Origin: Candidatus Gottesmanbacteria bacterium
Lineage (GTDB): Bacteria; Patescibacteriota; Microgenomatia; 2-02-FULL-39-11
Assembly: GCA_016186795.1 (NCBI GenBank)
Contig: JACPKY010000002.1
Location: 797,892 to 861,891 of the forward strand
DNA length: 64,000 bases
Direction of reading: 5' to 3'
This document shows, one piece after another, positions 39,026 to 48,963 of this stretch (its first letter is position 1; every line of letters begins with the position of its first letter). Below the pieces are notes generated by a model. It saw only the letters and a program-made list of their open reading frames with translations. It was not told where the DNA came from and did no database searches. The position numbers were made by a program, and so were the translations under genes.

Positions 39026-39520
39026 TTAACTATATTTTATTCTAAATTCTCTCGACCTTTTGGTCATCGAGAAATCGGCAATCTTGTCTCTTGAAGGAAG
39101 GAGGGAAACGATATTCTTCCATTGTTTTTTTATTTTTCCTATATCTGCTTCTTTTGGCGAAAACTGTAATCTGGTATATCTACTTGGGTTTGATTCTACT
39201 TTTATTCCTAACAGGCTTAATTTATTAATAATTTCTTCAGGCAGCTGAAAATCACCCTCTATCATCTGGTCACAGCAATCATTTACAAAACCGGATAGAT
39301 CTGTAGAATATCCTTTTCTGTTCATTTCTAATACAGCCTGACGTACCTGTGGTTCCAGTTCTTCAATAAAAACGCCTAATCGGGATTCAACTTTATTCGG
39401 ATGAGGATTTATTCTTTCCCTTTTTTTTAAGGCTATTAATCTTTTTCCGTCGATGCTTTTTTTTAATGTGGAATATTTTTTTTGATCAGATAAAGTAGAA
39501 ATATGAATATAGGTATTCAT
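39026..39520 (-). CDS. Hypothetical protein
   Basis: 164-aa ORF. Confidence 0.35.
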   Translation of the reverse strand: MNTYIHISTLSDQKKYSTLKKSIDGKRLIALKKRERINPHPNKVESRLGVFIEELEPQVRQAVLEMNRKGYSTDLSGFVNDCCDQMIEGDFQLPEEIINKLSLLGIKVESNPSRYTRLQFSPKEADIGKIKKQWKNIVSLLPSRDKIADFSMTKRSREFRIKYS

Positions 39521-39550
39521 TTTAAGAAGACTAATTTCAGTATACTCTTT

Positions 39551-40741
39551 TTAGCTGACAAATGTCAGTGCTTTCCCACGTTTGTTAGCCCTACCGGTCC
39601 TGCCGATCCGGTGAATATAATCGGTATATGAAACCGGCTCATCAAAATTTATGACATGGGATACATCTTCAATATCCATGCCTCTAGCAACAACATCAGT
39701 TGCCACCAAAACCTGCAATTGGTTCTGCCGAAAAAGGGTGAGAGCTTTTAATCTTTGATTTTGAGTTTTATTCCCATGAATGGATGCAACTGAAAAGCCA
39801 TTTTGTTCTAAATGTCTCGATAAACGTTCTACTCCCCATTTTGTCCTGCCGAAAACCAATACCTTTTTAAATTCCTCCTGACGCAATAAATTCTGCAGTT
39901 TATTGATCTTTTCTTCTTTATTTTTAACATGAATAACATCCTGATCAATACCCTGGGCAGTTTCTCTTACTTTCACTGAGATGGTCACAGGGTTATGCAA
40001 AAATGTCTGAATGATTGTATTAACCTCCGGTGCAACGGTTGCCGAGAAAAAAAGAGATTGCCGATTCGCTGGCAAACGAGAGATAATAAATTTAATTTCA
40101 TTGATAAATCCGATATCTACCATCCTATCAACTTCGTCAAGAACTATACTATGGAAATGTCCAAGATCTATAAATTTTCTATTAACCATATCTTTTAATC
40201 TCCCTGGAGTGCTAATAACAAAATGCGGGTTTCTCTTCAGATCAGAAATTTGGCGGTTCATACTATTGCCGCCAATGACCAAAGAAGAGTAAATATTAAG
40301 TGACGTTGCAAAGAACTTCAGCTCGTCTTGTATCTGCACGGCAAGCTCCCGGGTAGGAACAACAATAAGTACCTTTTCACTTCTTTGATGAATAATTTTA
40401 TTCAGAAGGGGAATAAGAAAAGCGGCTGTTTTGCCTGTCCCGGTGTTAGCAATGCCAACGACATCTGCACCTTTTAGGATATGAGGTATCACTTGGTCTT
40501 GAATCGGAGTGGGTTGCACGTATCCTCGACTTGATATATTTTGCTTTAGAATCTGATCAATTGAAAAATCGTTAAAACTGTTTTTTACAGGAAGATCGCT
40601 TTCGATGGGTGAGGAAATTGCTCTATTGATATATTTTGAAGAATGGATACCAGACTTTTTCCTCTGATTTCCACGATGAAACCTAGATCCTGTCGAGTGG
40701 AAGTGATGGAATTTACGTTTGGAAAATGACCTATTGAACAT
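39551..40741 (-). CDS. DEAD-box ATP-dependent RNA helicase
   Basis: Q motif PTPIQ, Walker A GTGKTAAF, DEVD, SAT, HRIGRTGR. Confidence 0.9.
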   Translation of the reverse strand: MFNRSFSKRKFHHFHSTGSRFHRGNQRKKSGIHSSKYINRAISSPIESDLPVKNSFNDFSIDQILKQNISSRGYVQPTPIQDQVIPHILKGADVVGIANTGTGKTAAFLIPLLNKIIHQRSEKVLIVVPTRELAVQIQDELKFFATSLNIYSSLVIGGNSMNRQISDLKRNPHFVISTPGRLKDMVNRKFIDLGHFHSIVLDEVDRMVDIGFINEIKFIISRLPANRQSLFFSATVAPEVNTIIQTFLHNPVTISVKVRETAQGIDQDVIHVKNKEEKINKLQNLLRQEEFKKVLVFGRTKWGVERLSRHLEQNGFSVASIHGNKTQNQRLKALTLFRQNQLQVLVATDVVARGMDIEDVSHVINFDEPVSYTDYIHRIGRTGRANKRGKALTFVS

Positions 40742-40764
40742 ACTATCTATTGAAAAATTTAAAT

Positions 40765-40933
40765 GAATAAATCTGCCTAAATCGTGAAGTTGCTTTAAAA
40801 AAGGGAGAAAGACACACGTGGAAAAATTAGGGTATCTTTATCTTTGATTCGTTAAAACGAAATCCAATTTAAACAGATTTAATCATTTAAATCTGTTACA
40901 AACAAGTATACCATAAACGTATCTTCCCGTCAA
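40765..40933 (-). promoter_or_regulatory. Promoter (TTGACG-N17-TATACT on the minus strand) plus a conserved leader with a 5' hairpin AACAGATTTA-N6-TAAATCTGTT. This is copy 2 of the leader shared with the RRM gene.
   Basis: The -35 is at 40928-33 and the -10 at 40905-10 (revcomp). The hairpin is at 40872-40897. Shared blocks are at 40765-40781 and 40829-40845. Confidence 0.5.
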
Positions 40934-41002
40934 GATACTATAGGGTAGCCAAGCGTGTGAATTCAATCGTCAAAAGCGTTCTCTAATCTTCAGTGTTCGA
41001 GG

Positions 41003-41668
41003 CTATTTTGTGATGTAGCTTTCTACTTTACTTTTAAATTCGTCAAGATTTTCCATGTATCCTACACTATTGCCATTGACAAAAAATTGTGGAATTCCAG
41101 ATATATTTAGTGCCTCCGCATCTTCCACATCTCTTTTTATCTTTGCCTCAAACTTATTGTTCTGAATTGACTCTCTAAATCTCTCAACATTCAGGTTTAA
41201 TTCTTGCGCGTAACGAACAAAAATGTCTATGGCAGTTTCGCTTTCTTCCCAGTCCTTTTGTCTTGAAAGTAAAAGGTCATGCATCTCCCAAAACTTCCCT
41301 TGCTCACTTGCAGCTTCGGCAGCTTCTGCTGCAGTCTTCGCATTTTTGTGTTGATTTTCCAAAGGCCAATATCGAACAACTAATCGTAATTTACCTTGAT
41401 TATCTGAAAGGAGTTGTTTTACTGCGGGGTGCATATAAGCACAAGCCGGGCATTGATAATCCACAAATTCCACTAGAATAACCTGCGCACTTTGAGATCC
41501 AACAGTAGGACTATCTTCTCTTATAAGTAAATCTTGAGATGGAGCGCGAGATGGATTTTGTGCAGATTGCGATCTATAGAAGAATAACGCAAGGGCAAGT
41601 ACGATAACGATGCCAATTACAATAAGAAGTTTTCCCCCAAGAGGAGAAGCTTGTTTTGCAGTGACCAT
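41003..41668 (-). CDS. DsbA-family thiol:disulfide oxidoreductase (second paralog)
   Basis: VEFVDYQCPACAYMHP, GKFWEMHD; N-terminal TM. Confidence 0.75.
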   Translation of the reverse strand: MVTAKQASPLGGKLLIVIGIVIVLALALFFYRSQSAQNPSRAPSQDLLIREDSPTVGSQSAQVILVEFVDYQCPACAYMHPAVKQLLSDNQGKLRLVVRYWPLENQHKNAKTAAEAAEAASEQGKFWEMHDLLLSRQKDWEESETAIDIFVRYAQELNLNVERFRESIQNNKFEAKIKRDVEDAEALNISGIPQFFVNGNSVGYMENLDEFKSKVESYITK

Positions 41669-41784
41669 TAGTATAACGATACATACAACTTATCTACTTT
41701 ACAAGAGGAAAGCCAAGCACTTTTGCTCTCCTGAAGTCTTCTCTCTATATTATATGTCTATATTTTCTGAAATGTACTCTAAGA

Positions 41785-42265
41785 TTACTCTATACCAATT
41801 CCTTTATAAAAATAATAATATGTCTCCGCCTGGAAACTCTCTATCCACCTTTCATCCGGTGTGACGGTTGTTCTGGTAAAACCACTCTTTTCATAGAAAC
41901 GGACTGCCCGTGGGTTATCTTTGGATACATCAAGAATAATTTTTTTCACCCCTTGTGCTTTGGCTTCTTTTATAAGCTCTTCAAGTAGCTTTTGTGCAAT
42001 ACCTATTCCTCGATATTTTTGACTGATATAAAACCGTTTCATAAGAGCATCAGTCTTTGATAAAAAAAATAATTCCTGCTGTTGCGATAATCCTATCCTT
42101 TTCTTTCACGGTAAGAAGTAAACCTCCATGTGGAATATGGAAGAGTTTATGAGGCTCATCCATGTAATCAGATGGCCGTTCACTCCATCCCAATTCAGCA
42201 AAGATTTCCCGGAAGAATGCGGCAACTGAGGTACTATCTTTTTTATCATAGTGAACTATTTCCAT
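41785..42265 (-). pseudogene. GNAT N-acetyltransferase split into two ORFs by a single-base frameshift/stop
   Basis: 42050-42265 encodes the N-terminal half (...ATAGIIFFIKD*). 41785-42042 encodes the acetyl-CoA-binding half (MKRFYISQKYRGIGIAQKLL...). Removing one T at about 42046 would join them as ...FIKDDALMKRFY.... Confidence 0.5.
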
Positions 42266-42329
42266 AGGTCAATTATACAAAAAGTTTCAGTCCACATAGC
42301 TAAAGATAACCTCATGATATAATTTTTGC

Positions 42330-43178
42330 ATGAAAAAAAGTGCTATTCTTCTTGTCAGTTGTCCAGACCGGAAAGGAATTGTAGCAACGGTTGCCGATTT
42401 CCTCTATAAACATAATGCAAATATTTTACATGCAGATGAGCATATTGATGCGGATTTTAACCTATTTTTCCTCCGTGTAGAATGGGATCTTACCGATTTT
42501 GATTTGCCGAGAGATCAATTTGTGGACACCTTCAATCCTATTGCAAAGAAATTCCAAATGGAGTGGCGAGTGGAATATTCGCAAGATATCCAAAAAGTCG
42601 CCATATTTGTTTCTCAAGAATTGCATTGTTTGGAAGATCTTCTTTACCGCTATAGAAGTGGAGAATTGAAGTGCGATATATCACTGATCATAAGTAATCA
42701 TTCCCATGCAAACGAGTATGCAGAATTTTCTCATGTACCCTTTTTCGAAATATCTCATACCGATAAAGTGACTGCAGAAGAGAAGATAACTCAACTACTT
42801 AATAAAAATAATGTCGATCTAATTATTCTTGCTCGATACATGCAAATACTTTCACCAATGTTTGTCAAAAAATATTCAAACAGAGTTATTAATATTCACC
42901 ATTCTTTTTTGCCTGCATTTGTCGGCGCACGCCCGTATCATCAAGCACATGAGCGAGGAGTAAAAATAATTGGAGCAACGAGTCATTATGTCACTGAATC
43001 TTTAGATCAGGGACCTATTATCGAACAAGATGTAATAAGAGTATCTCATCGGGATGCTGTTGCCGATTTAATTCAAAAGGGGAAAGATTTGGAAAAAATT
43101 GTTCTTTCTCGAGCTGTCAGATGGCATTTAGAAAATAAAATACTGACGTATGCGAATAAAACAGTAATATTTGATTGA
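42330..43178 (+). CDS. purU: Formyltetrahydrofolate deformylase
   Basis: N-terminal ACT domain; NIHHSFLPAF and the SHYV...DQGPII formyl transferase core. Confidence 0.85.
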   Translation: MKKSAILLVSCPDRKGIVATVADFLYKHNANILHADEHIDADFNLFFLRVEWDLTDFDLPRDQFVDTFNPIAKKFQMEWRVEYSQDIQKVAIFVSQELHCLEDLLYRYRSGELKCDISLIISNHSHANEYAEFSHVPFFEISHTDKVTAEEKITQLLNKNNVDLIILARYMQILSPMFVKKYSNRVINIHHSFLPAFVGARPYHQAHERGVKIIGATSHYVTESLDQGPIIEQDVIRVSHRDAVADLIQKGKDLEKIVLSRAVRWHLENKILTYANKTVIFD

Positions 43179-43208
43179 GGGAATAGTTTCCGGATAGTAT
43201 CCGGACTG

Positions 43209-43961
43209 TTATCTCGGGTCATCTAAATAGACTGATTTATTATGGATTAAAGAATACTCAATAAATGGTTTAAAATATGAATATAATCCTTGAAATAAAC
43301 CTTTTTTAAATCTTCTTCCTGATACTATAACTGGTGTATTTCTTATAAATATAACTTTTCCAAACTTTTTTACTTTTTCACCTAACTCTATATCATCGTA
43401 CGTATTTAATTCTGAATTAAATCCTCCTGATTTTACATACACCGATTTTCTTATGGCAAAGTTAAAACCGCTTAACCAGTAGTATCCAAATAAAACTCTG
43501 TGCAAAATCATTCCAAACGGTTGGAACTGGTTCATAATAATTTTTGCGAACAAAGAGCAGTCTTCAAATTTACACGTCCCAGTCACAGCAACGACATTGT
43601 TATCATTGAATTTATTGGCTAGCTCCTCTACCCATGTGGGTGGCATTGTGGTATCTGCCTCTGTACCAAAAATTATATCTCCTGAAGCTTTCTGAAATCC
43701 CTGGTTTCTTGCAGCTCCTCTTCCTTTTTTCTTCTCGATAACTACTTTAAGATTTAATTTATCTTTGAATTTTTGTACTACCTGAATAGTATTATCTGTA
43801 GAATTATTGTCTACCACTATGACTTCCAACTTTTGACTGGTTTCCTGATGGGCAATTGATTCTAAACAATTCGAAATATATTTTTCTTCATTAAAAGCCG
43901 GAATAACTACTGAAATCATTTCTCCTATTCTATCATCATTTGAATGATACACGGAGCACAA
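43209..43961 (-). CDS. Family 2 glycosyltransferase
   Basis: MISVVIPAFNEE...VVDNNSTDNT. The likely start is at the internal Met near 43919. Confidence 0.75.
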   Translation of the reverse strand: MCSVYHSNDDRIGEMISVVIPAFNEEKYISNCLESIAHQETSQKLEVIVVDNNSTDNTIQVVQKFKDKLNLKVVIEKKKGRGAARNQGFQKASGDIIFGTEADTTMPPTWVEELANKFNDNNVVAVTGTCKFEDCSLFAKIIMNQFQPFGMILHRVLFGYYWLSGFNFAIRKSVYVKSGGFNSELNTYDDIELGEKVKKFGKVIFIRNTPVIVSGRRFKKGLFQGLYSYFKPFIEYSLIHNKSVYLDDPR

Positions 43962-44009
43962 AAAAACCTTGCATGAAGCAAGGTTTTTTGTTTCGCTTTA
44001 TCAACAATA

Positions 44010-44207
44010 TTAGGCAAGTTTTACATTTTTTGCACTTGGCCCTTTTTCGCCTTCTACAACGTCAAATGTAACGGCTGCTCCAACTTGAAGCGCATCAAAA
44101 GTAACACCGTTTAAATCTGTGGAGTGGAAAAAAAGATCTTTTGTTTCTCCCTCACGAGAAATAAACCCATATCCGCGATCTGTTTTTGTTTTAATTGTTC
44201 CGCTCAT
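44010..44207 (-). CDS. csp: Cold-shock protein (CspA family)
   Basis: RNP1-like RGYGFI and RNP2-like LFFHS; 65 aa. Confidence 0.9.
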   Translation of the reverse strand: MSGTIKTKTDRGYGFISREGETKDLFFHSTDLNGVTFDALQVGAAVTFDVVEGEKGPSAKNVKLA

Positions 44208-44219
44208 AGTATTTTTTAA

Positions 44220-44240
44220 TAGATTTATTTATTAAATCTA
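44220..44240 (-). promoter_or_regulatory. Hairpin TAGATTTA-N5-TAAATCTA between the SD (GGAGG, revcomp of 44245-44249) and the csp start codon
   Basis: Read directly. The half-site AGATTTA/TAAATCT is the same as in the RRM and DEAD-box leader hairpins. Confidence 0.45.
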
Positions 44241-44418
44241 CTTATACCTCCTTTCATTCTTTATATTATACTATTTCAGTCGATAATTATAGATGTTTAA
44301 CAGAATGATTACCAACTCATGCTCCCCAACGTTCATGCACTTCGAACGCTTTTTTCTAGAGACGGAGGAGAATTTTGAGCCGATATTTATATATCTGCAT
44401 AGTCGGAGATATTAGAAA

Positions 44419-45357
44419 CTACCTAATTTTAATGACAACTTTCCCCCGTGGATGAACTTCTTCCTGATAGGTAAACGCTTCCTGAACTTTTTCCAGTGGA
44501 AATACTTTATCAACATGCACTTTTATTTTCCCGCTATCGACAAGTTCTGCAAGATGATTTAAATGAGCTGTGTCTGTTTGAGTTCCTTGTCCAATGGCGG
44601 AAACTCCATATTTTTGTGCTAGATCTTGATTGGGTTGTCCTAACATTGAAACAAAGATGCCTCCTTTTTTGAGAACTGCAAAAGATTTGTCTGTTGTTTC
44701 GCCTCCAACCGTATCAAACACCGCATCAAAGTCTTTGAGTATATCTTCAAACTTTTGTGTTTTGTAATCAATGACCTCGTCTGCACCAAGATTTTTTACA
44801 AACTCCATATCCTCTGTTTTTACTGTTGTTACAACATATGCACCAAGTACTTTTGACAATTGGATCGCTATGTGACCTATGCCACCTGCTCCACCATGGA
44901 TAAGAATTTTTTGTCCACTTTGCAGTTTCATATGCTCTTCTAAAGCTTGCATCGCACTGACTCCAGCAAGCGGCAACGCTCCTGCTTCCTCGAAACTTGA
45001 TGTGTTTGGTTTAAGAGTAGTATTTGTAGCGTTTGCCGTAACATATTCTGCAAATGATCCAGAGCCACCATTTAAAATAATTGCTTGTCCATACACCTCA
45101 TCACCTACATTAAATTCGGAAACACCCTCACCTCCTTCTGAGATTTTACCTGCAAAGTCTCCACCGAGAGTGACGGGTAAAGGAACTGGTGCCATTTTCT
45201 GTAAATATCCTGCACGGAATTTCCAATCAATGGCATTAATACTTGCTGCAAAAACTTCAACTAACACTTGTCCCTGTTTTGGAGAAGGCTTGGGGATATT
45301 TTTATTTATTTGTATAACCTCTATCCCTCCATATGCGTTGATTTGTGCAGCTTTCAT
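44419..45357 (-). CDS. Zn-independent MDR-family NADPH:quinone oxidoreductase
   Basis: GGAGGIGHIAIQL Rossmann motif; N-terminal GroES-like domain. Confidence 0.8.
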   Translation of the reverse strand: MKAAQINAYGGIEVIQINKNIPKPSPKQGQVLVEVFAASINAIDWKFRAGYLQKMAPVPLPVTLGGDFAGKISEGGEGVSEFNVGDEVYGQAIILNGGSGSFAEYVTANATNTTLKPNTSSFEEAGALPLAGVSAMQALEEHMKLQSGQKILIHGGAGGIGHIAIQLSKVLGAYVVTTVKTEDMEFVKNLGADEVIDYKTQKFEDILKDFDAVFDTVGGETTDKSFAVLKKGGIFVSMLGQPNQDLAQKYGVSAIGQGTQTDTAHLNHLAELVDSGKIKVHVDKVFPLEKVQEAFTYQEEVHPRGKVVIKIR

Positions 45358-45512
45358 AGGGTTACAATACCACCAAAATTATAGCGCGTAAAGAAGTTAA
45401 GAAAATAAAGTGGAAAAAGTTAAAAATTGTTGCGCCCCCTGTGGGATATTATCCGAATAATAGAAAAATCCCAGCAGGTTCTATTAAGAAATAGTATTAT
45501 CAGACTTTATAT

Positions 45513-45698
45513 TTATCCCAAATCATTAAATAGTTTGTAAGCAACTACTATTCCGAGGATTCCACCAATAGCATTACCAAATAGTGATGAAAAAGATAAT
45601 AAACTTGCGCCAAAAAATACAGGAATATAGCCACCTATTAATGAGCCTATTATCAGACCAATCATTACCCATGATTTAGTAGACATATATTTAAACAA
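45513..45698 (-). CDS. Small membrane protein
   Basis: 61 aa, two Gly-rich TM helices. Confidence 0.35.
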   Translation of the reverse strand: MFKYMSTKSWVMIGLIIGSLIGGYIPVFFGASLLSFSSLFGNAIGGILGIVVAYKLFNDLG

Positions 45699-45946
45699 TC
45701 AAATTAAGCTATACAAAATTAGATATTTCTACCTAAATTATATCAGAAGCTCTAACCGTCCAAAGGGGTTTATCCTGAGCGCAGTCGAAGGACTAAAGAA
45801 GTTTAGATTATTATGCTAATATGCTCCCCTTGATAAACGCATTTAAGAACCGAGAAATAGAATTCGGGATCAGTCTGCAGAACATACAGACTGTATTCGA
45901 GACGTTCCAAGTACAGCCCACTTCATTTTACATTTGCGATCAGTTC

Positions 45947-46414
45947 TCAGCTCACCGCTTTTTTCACGAGTGCCTTGATCTTTGCCTCTTCGGTAGCAGT
46001 CAACTCCTTCAACGCGAAGGAAGTCGGCCATATGGCACCTTCGTCGAGGTTAGCCTCGTCGCTGAAGCCGAACGTCGCGTACCTCGACTTGAACTTATAC
46101 GCGCTTTGGAAGAAGCAGACGACCTTGCCGTCCTTGGCATACGCGGGCATCCCGTACCAAGTCTTTGGTGAGAGTGTTGGGACGCTAGTTTTGATGATCG
46201 TATGAAGCCGCTTGGCCATGGTGCGATCCGGTTCCGGCATCTCGGCGATCTTCGCGAGCACGGCTCTTTCTCCGTCTTGTCCGCTAGCTTCCGCCTTCAA
46301 TTCTTGGGCGCGCTCCTTCATCGCAGCCCGTTCCTCGTCTGTGAATCCTTTGAACTTCTTGTTGATCGCGGTGGCGCTCTTGGCGGTCTTTTGCGCGTCC
46401 TTCTTTGAGCTCAT
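45947..46414 (-). CDS. DUF1801 (YdhG-like) protein encoded by a GC-rich segment
   Basis: The C-terminal [18 protein letters not shown] pattern matches DUF1801. The coding DNA is markedly GC-richer (around 55-58% by eye) than its surroundings, and it has a good SD AAGGAGG in the AT-rich flank. Confidence 0.55.
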   Translation of the reverse strand: MSSKKDAQKTAKSATAINKKFKGFTDEERAAMKERAQELKAEASGQDGERAVLAKIAEMPEPDRTMAKRLHTIIKTSVPTLSPKTWYGMPAYAKDGKVVCFFQSAYKFKSRYATFGFSDEANLDEGAIWPTSFALKELTATEEAKIKALVKKAVS

Positions 46415-46655
46415 AGAAACCTCCTTTTATTGCTATGAATGTTGTTCATACTTTTATAATATCTGCCTACAATTTCTTTTTCTTCTCTGGCTTTGGCTCC
46501 CCAAGCCTTGATACATTATACCAGCCTATTCTAGATACATTCTCTAATAAAAGTTATATGGGTGAGCTAAAACAAAGATGGTTGGAGATTAAGAAGCTAC
46601 AGAATAGCCCCCATAAACTTTACGGTATAATACCTTAGGAGGAGGTGAATTTCGT

Positions 46656-47087
46656 ATGAAATGGGTCACTAGAGAAAAAGCAAAAGTTGATCGAATTGCT
46701 TGTCCATGGTTAATAAAAAACTTTATTGACAAAGAGGCAGAGTTTCTATTTGTTCCAGCAGACCAAGTTCTGACTGTTGCGGAAAAAGAACAAGCTATTT
46801 CCTTTGATGCTCCAAATGCAAAATTCAAGCACACAGTAGATGGCAACTGTACCTTTGAAGTATTAGTTGAACACTACAAAATAGATGATCCTGCAGTACA
46901 AAAATTAGCAAAAATTGTACATGGAGCAGATGTTCCAAAAGATGTTACTCTTACACCAGAGTCAGCAGGGTTGCAAACCATTGCAGAAGGTTTTAGATTG
47001 ATCTCAAAAGACGACCATGACAATATGGCAAAGCAATTTGCAGTATATGACGCACTGTATGCCTACTTTAAAGAGCCAAGCGAATAA
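46656..47087 (+). CDS. ChrB C-terminal-domain-like (chromate resistance family) protein
   Basis: KWVTREKAKVDRIACPWLIKNFIDKEAEFLFV resembles the Chrome_Resist domain. Strong SD GGAGGAGGTG. Confidence 0.45.
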   Translation: MKWVTREKAKVDRIACPWLIKNFIDKEAEFLFVPADQVLTVAEKEQAISFDAPNAKFKHTVDGNCTFEVLVEHYKIDDPAVQKLAKIVHGADVPKDVTLTPESAGLQTIAEGFRLISKDDHDNMAKQFAVYDALYAYFKEPSE

Positions 47088-47089
47088 GT

Positions 47090-48277
47090 ATGCTTACATG
47101 GTTATCAAAAGACGGAAAAATCATTTTTGCAAGCAGAGCGATTCGATCCTTTGCATTTGGGTTTATCAGCATCATCATCGGTATTTACCTGAAGGAAATT
47201 GGCCTCTCTGTATCTTATATTGGTATTCTTTTAAGTTCGTCTATTTTTGGTGGAGCACTCTTTTCAATCCTTGTAGGTCGTTATGCAGCAAAGCATGGAC
47301 TAAAAACAATGTTTCTGCTTTCTTCTTTAGTAAGCTTAATAGGAATAACCTTCTATATACTTACCAATAACTACGTAATTCTCGTACTTGCCTCACTCAT
47401 TGCATTTATCAGTCCAAGCGGAAGGGAGATGGGCCCGTTTTTATCGCTTGAACAAGCATACTTGTCTTTTACAAGTAAAAATAGAGCAAGAACATTTTCT
47501 TTTTTTAACATTACCTCAAATCTGGCTATAACCTTTGGAAGTCTACTGGGTTTTTTACCCTCTACCTTACAAAACTACAGTCATATGAATATAGTTACCT
47601 CATTTAAGACAGTTTTTATACTCTATCTTCTGCTTAACCTTATTACGCTTTTCCTTTACAGCAGAATATCAGAAGTAAAATTTGAGCAAGAACGAATAAA
47701 ACTTTCTGATAGAAGCAAGAAGGTTATTACAAAGTTATCTCTGTTATTCTGTGTAGACTCTTTTGCTGGAGGGTTCGTTATTAGCAGCATTATCTCCCTT
47801 TGGTTTCATACCAAGTTTAATCTAGCATTGTCAACAATATCTGTGATTTTCTTTGTGGGAAATTCTATTGAGACAGTATCGTACTATTTATCGGGAAAGT
47901 TGGCGGAGCGACTTGGACTTATTAACACAATGGTTTTTACCCACATTCCCTCGAGTATATTTTTAATTCTGATGTCATTTATGCCAAGCGCCTACCTTGC
48001 TTCTTTATTTTACTTCTTACGATTATCTCTTTCTGAAATGGATATACCTGCTCGTCAAGCATATGTCGTTTCCATTGTTGAACCTCAAGAGCGATCGCAA
48101 GCCGCATCTATTACCACAACTGCAAAACTAATAGCTTCCTCAATCAGTCCATCAATTGCCACAAGAGTGCTCCTTTTACCCTTTTTATCGCCCTTTGTGA
48201 TAGCAGGAGCATTAAAGATTATCTATGACCTAACGCTTTTCTATAACTTTAAGAAGATAAAACCAACTGAGGAGTGA
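47090..48277 (+). CDS. MFS transporter
   Basis: 395 aa, 12 predicted TM helices; GRYAAKHG-type loop. Confidence 0.75.
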   Translation: MLTWLSKDGKIIFASRAIRSFAFGFISIIIGIYLKEIGLSVSYIGILLSSSIFGGALFSILVGRYAAKHGLKTMFLLSSLVSLIGITFYILTNNYVILVLASLIAFISPSGREMGPFLSLEQAYLSFTSKNRARTFSFFNITSNLAITFGSLLGFLPSTLQNYSHMNIVTSFKTVFILYLLLNLITLFLYSRISEVKFEQERIKLSDRSKKVITKLSLLFCVDSFAGGFVISSIISLWFHTKFNLALSTISVIFFVGNSIETVSYYLSGKLAERLGLINTMVFTHIPSSIFLILMSFMPSAYLASLFYFLRLSLSEMDIPARQAYVVSIVEPQERSQAASITTTAKLIASSISPSIATRVLLLPFLSPFVIAGALKIIYDLTLFYNFKKIKPTEE

Positions 48278-48288
48278 GTTTATCTTAT

Positions 48289-48320
48289 TTAGATTGTTAC
48301 GACAATCTAAACTATTTATT
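48289..48320 (+). terminator. Rho-independent terminator after the MFS gene
   Basis: TTAGATTGT-tacg-ACAATCTAA followed by ACTATTTATT. Confidence 0.5.
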
Positions 48321-48321
48321 A

Positions 48322-48339
48322 GCTCCCCCGCGTGGATTC
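48322..48339. repeat. 18-bp direct repeat GCTCCCCCGCGTGGATTC, identical to the 3' end of the tRNA at 50379-50396 (distal att-like copy)
   Basis: Exact 18 of 18 match; the sequence diverges immediately on both sides. Confidence 0.6.
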
Positions 48340-48365
48340 CCTTCGGTAAACTCAGGGTAAACTTC

Positions 48366-48653
48366 TCATCCAGAGAGAAGAGCTTCGGCAAATTCAGTAC
48401 AGGCATTGATCCCAAGTCTTCCATCAACTAACATCTGCTTCTTTGCTCGATTCCAACCTTTTAATTGCTTTTCTCGCTTTGCTGCTTCACTTTCTTGAGC
48501 GTATTTCTCACAATACACTATCTTGATTTGAGAAAACTTTTTGGTAAAAAAAGAATTTTTATTTTTGTGCTGTGCAATTCTTTTTACTAAATCATTGGTG
48601 ATCCCGATGTAAAAAGTTTTCTCATCGCAAAGAAGTATATATACAAACCACAT
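48366..48653 (-). CDS. GIY-YIG nuclease family protein (small, stand-alone)
   Basis: WFVYILLC...TFYIGITNDLVKRIAQH. Confidence 0.8.
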   Translation of the reverse strand: MWFVYILLCDEKTFYIGITNDLVKRIAQHKNKNSFFTKKFSQIKIVYCEKYAQESEAAKREKQLKGWNRAKKQMLVDGRLGINACTEFAEALLSG

Positions 48654-48963
48654 TGTATTAGTATTTTATAATATGTGGCCTGCATTGAGCTTGCCGAAGT
48701 GCTCGCTAAATGGGACGATTTTAGACAGACGAATTGGGATGAAATTATAGAATATCCTGAAGAAACACTAAGACAAACAAAATATCTGCTTTCGGGTATA
48801 TCTGCCTAAATAACTAACTTATGGAATAATTCTTTTTCCGGTAGACTTTTTAGTTAGTCCTATCATTTCTACTAAATATCCCCTGAGCGATAACATTCAA
48901 AACTATATAATTTTATTTCCTATTCCAGATCTTCAATTTTGATCACACTTACTTTTACTTTTA

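Noticed and set aside
44879-45391. + strand 170-aa ORF
   Set aside because: It is antisense to the quinone oxidoreductase gene.
45821-46511. + strand ORFs 45821-46171, 45975-46205, 46202-46408 and 46212-46511
   Set aside because: They are the antisense of the GC-rich DUF1801 gene. High GC suppresses stop codons on the opposite strand.
48322-48339. A second tRNA gene or tRNA fragment
   Set aside because: Only 18 nt match the tRNA 3' end. There is no T-loop and no upstream tRNA-like structure. That is consistent with an att-type duplication rather than a tRNA.
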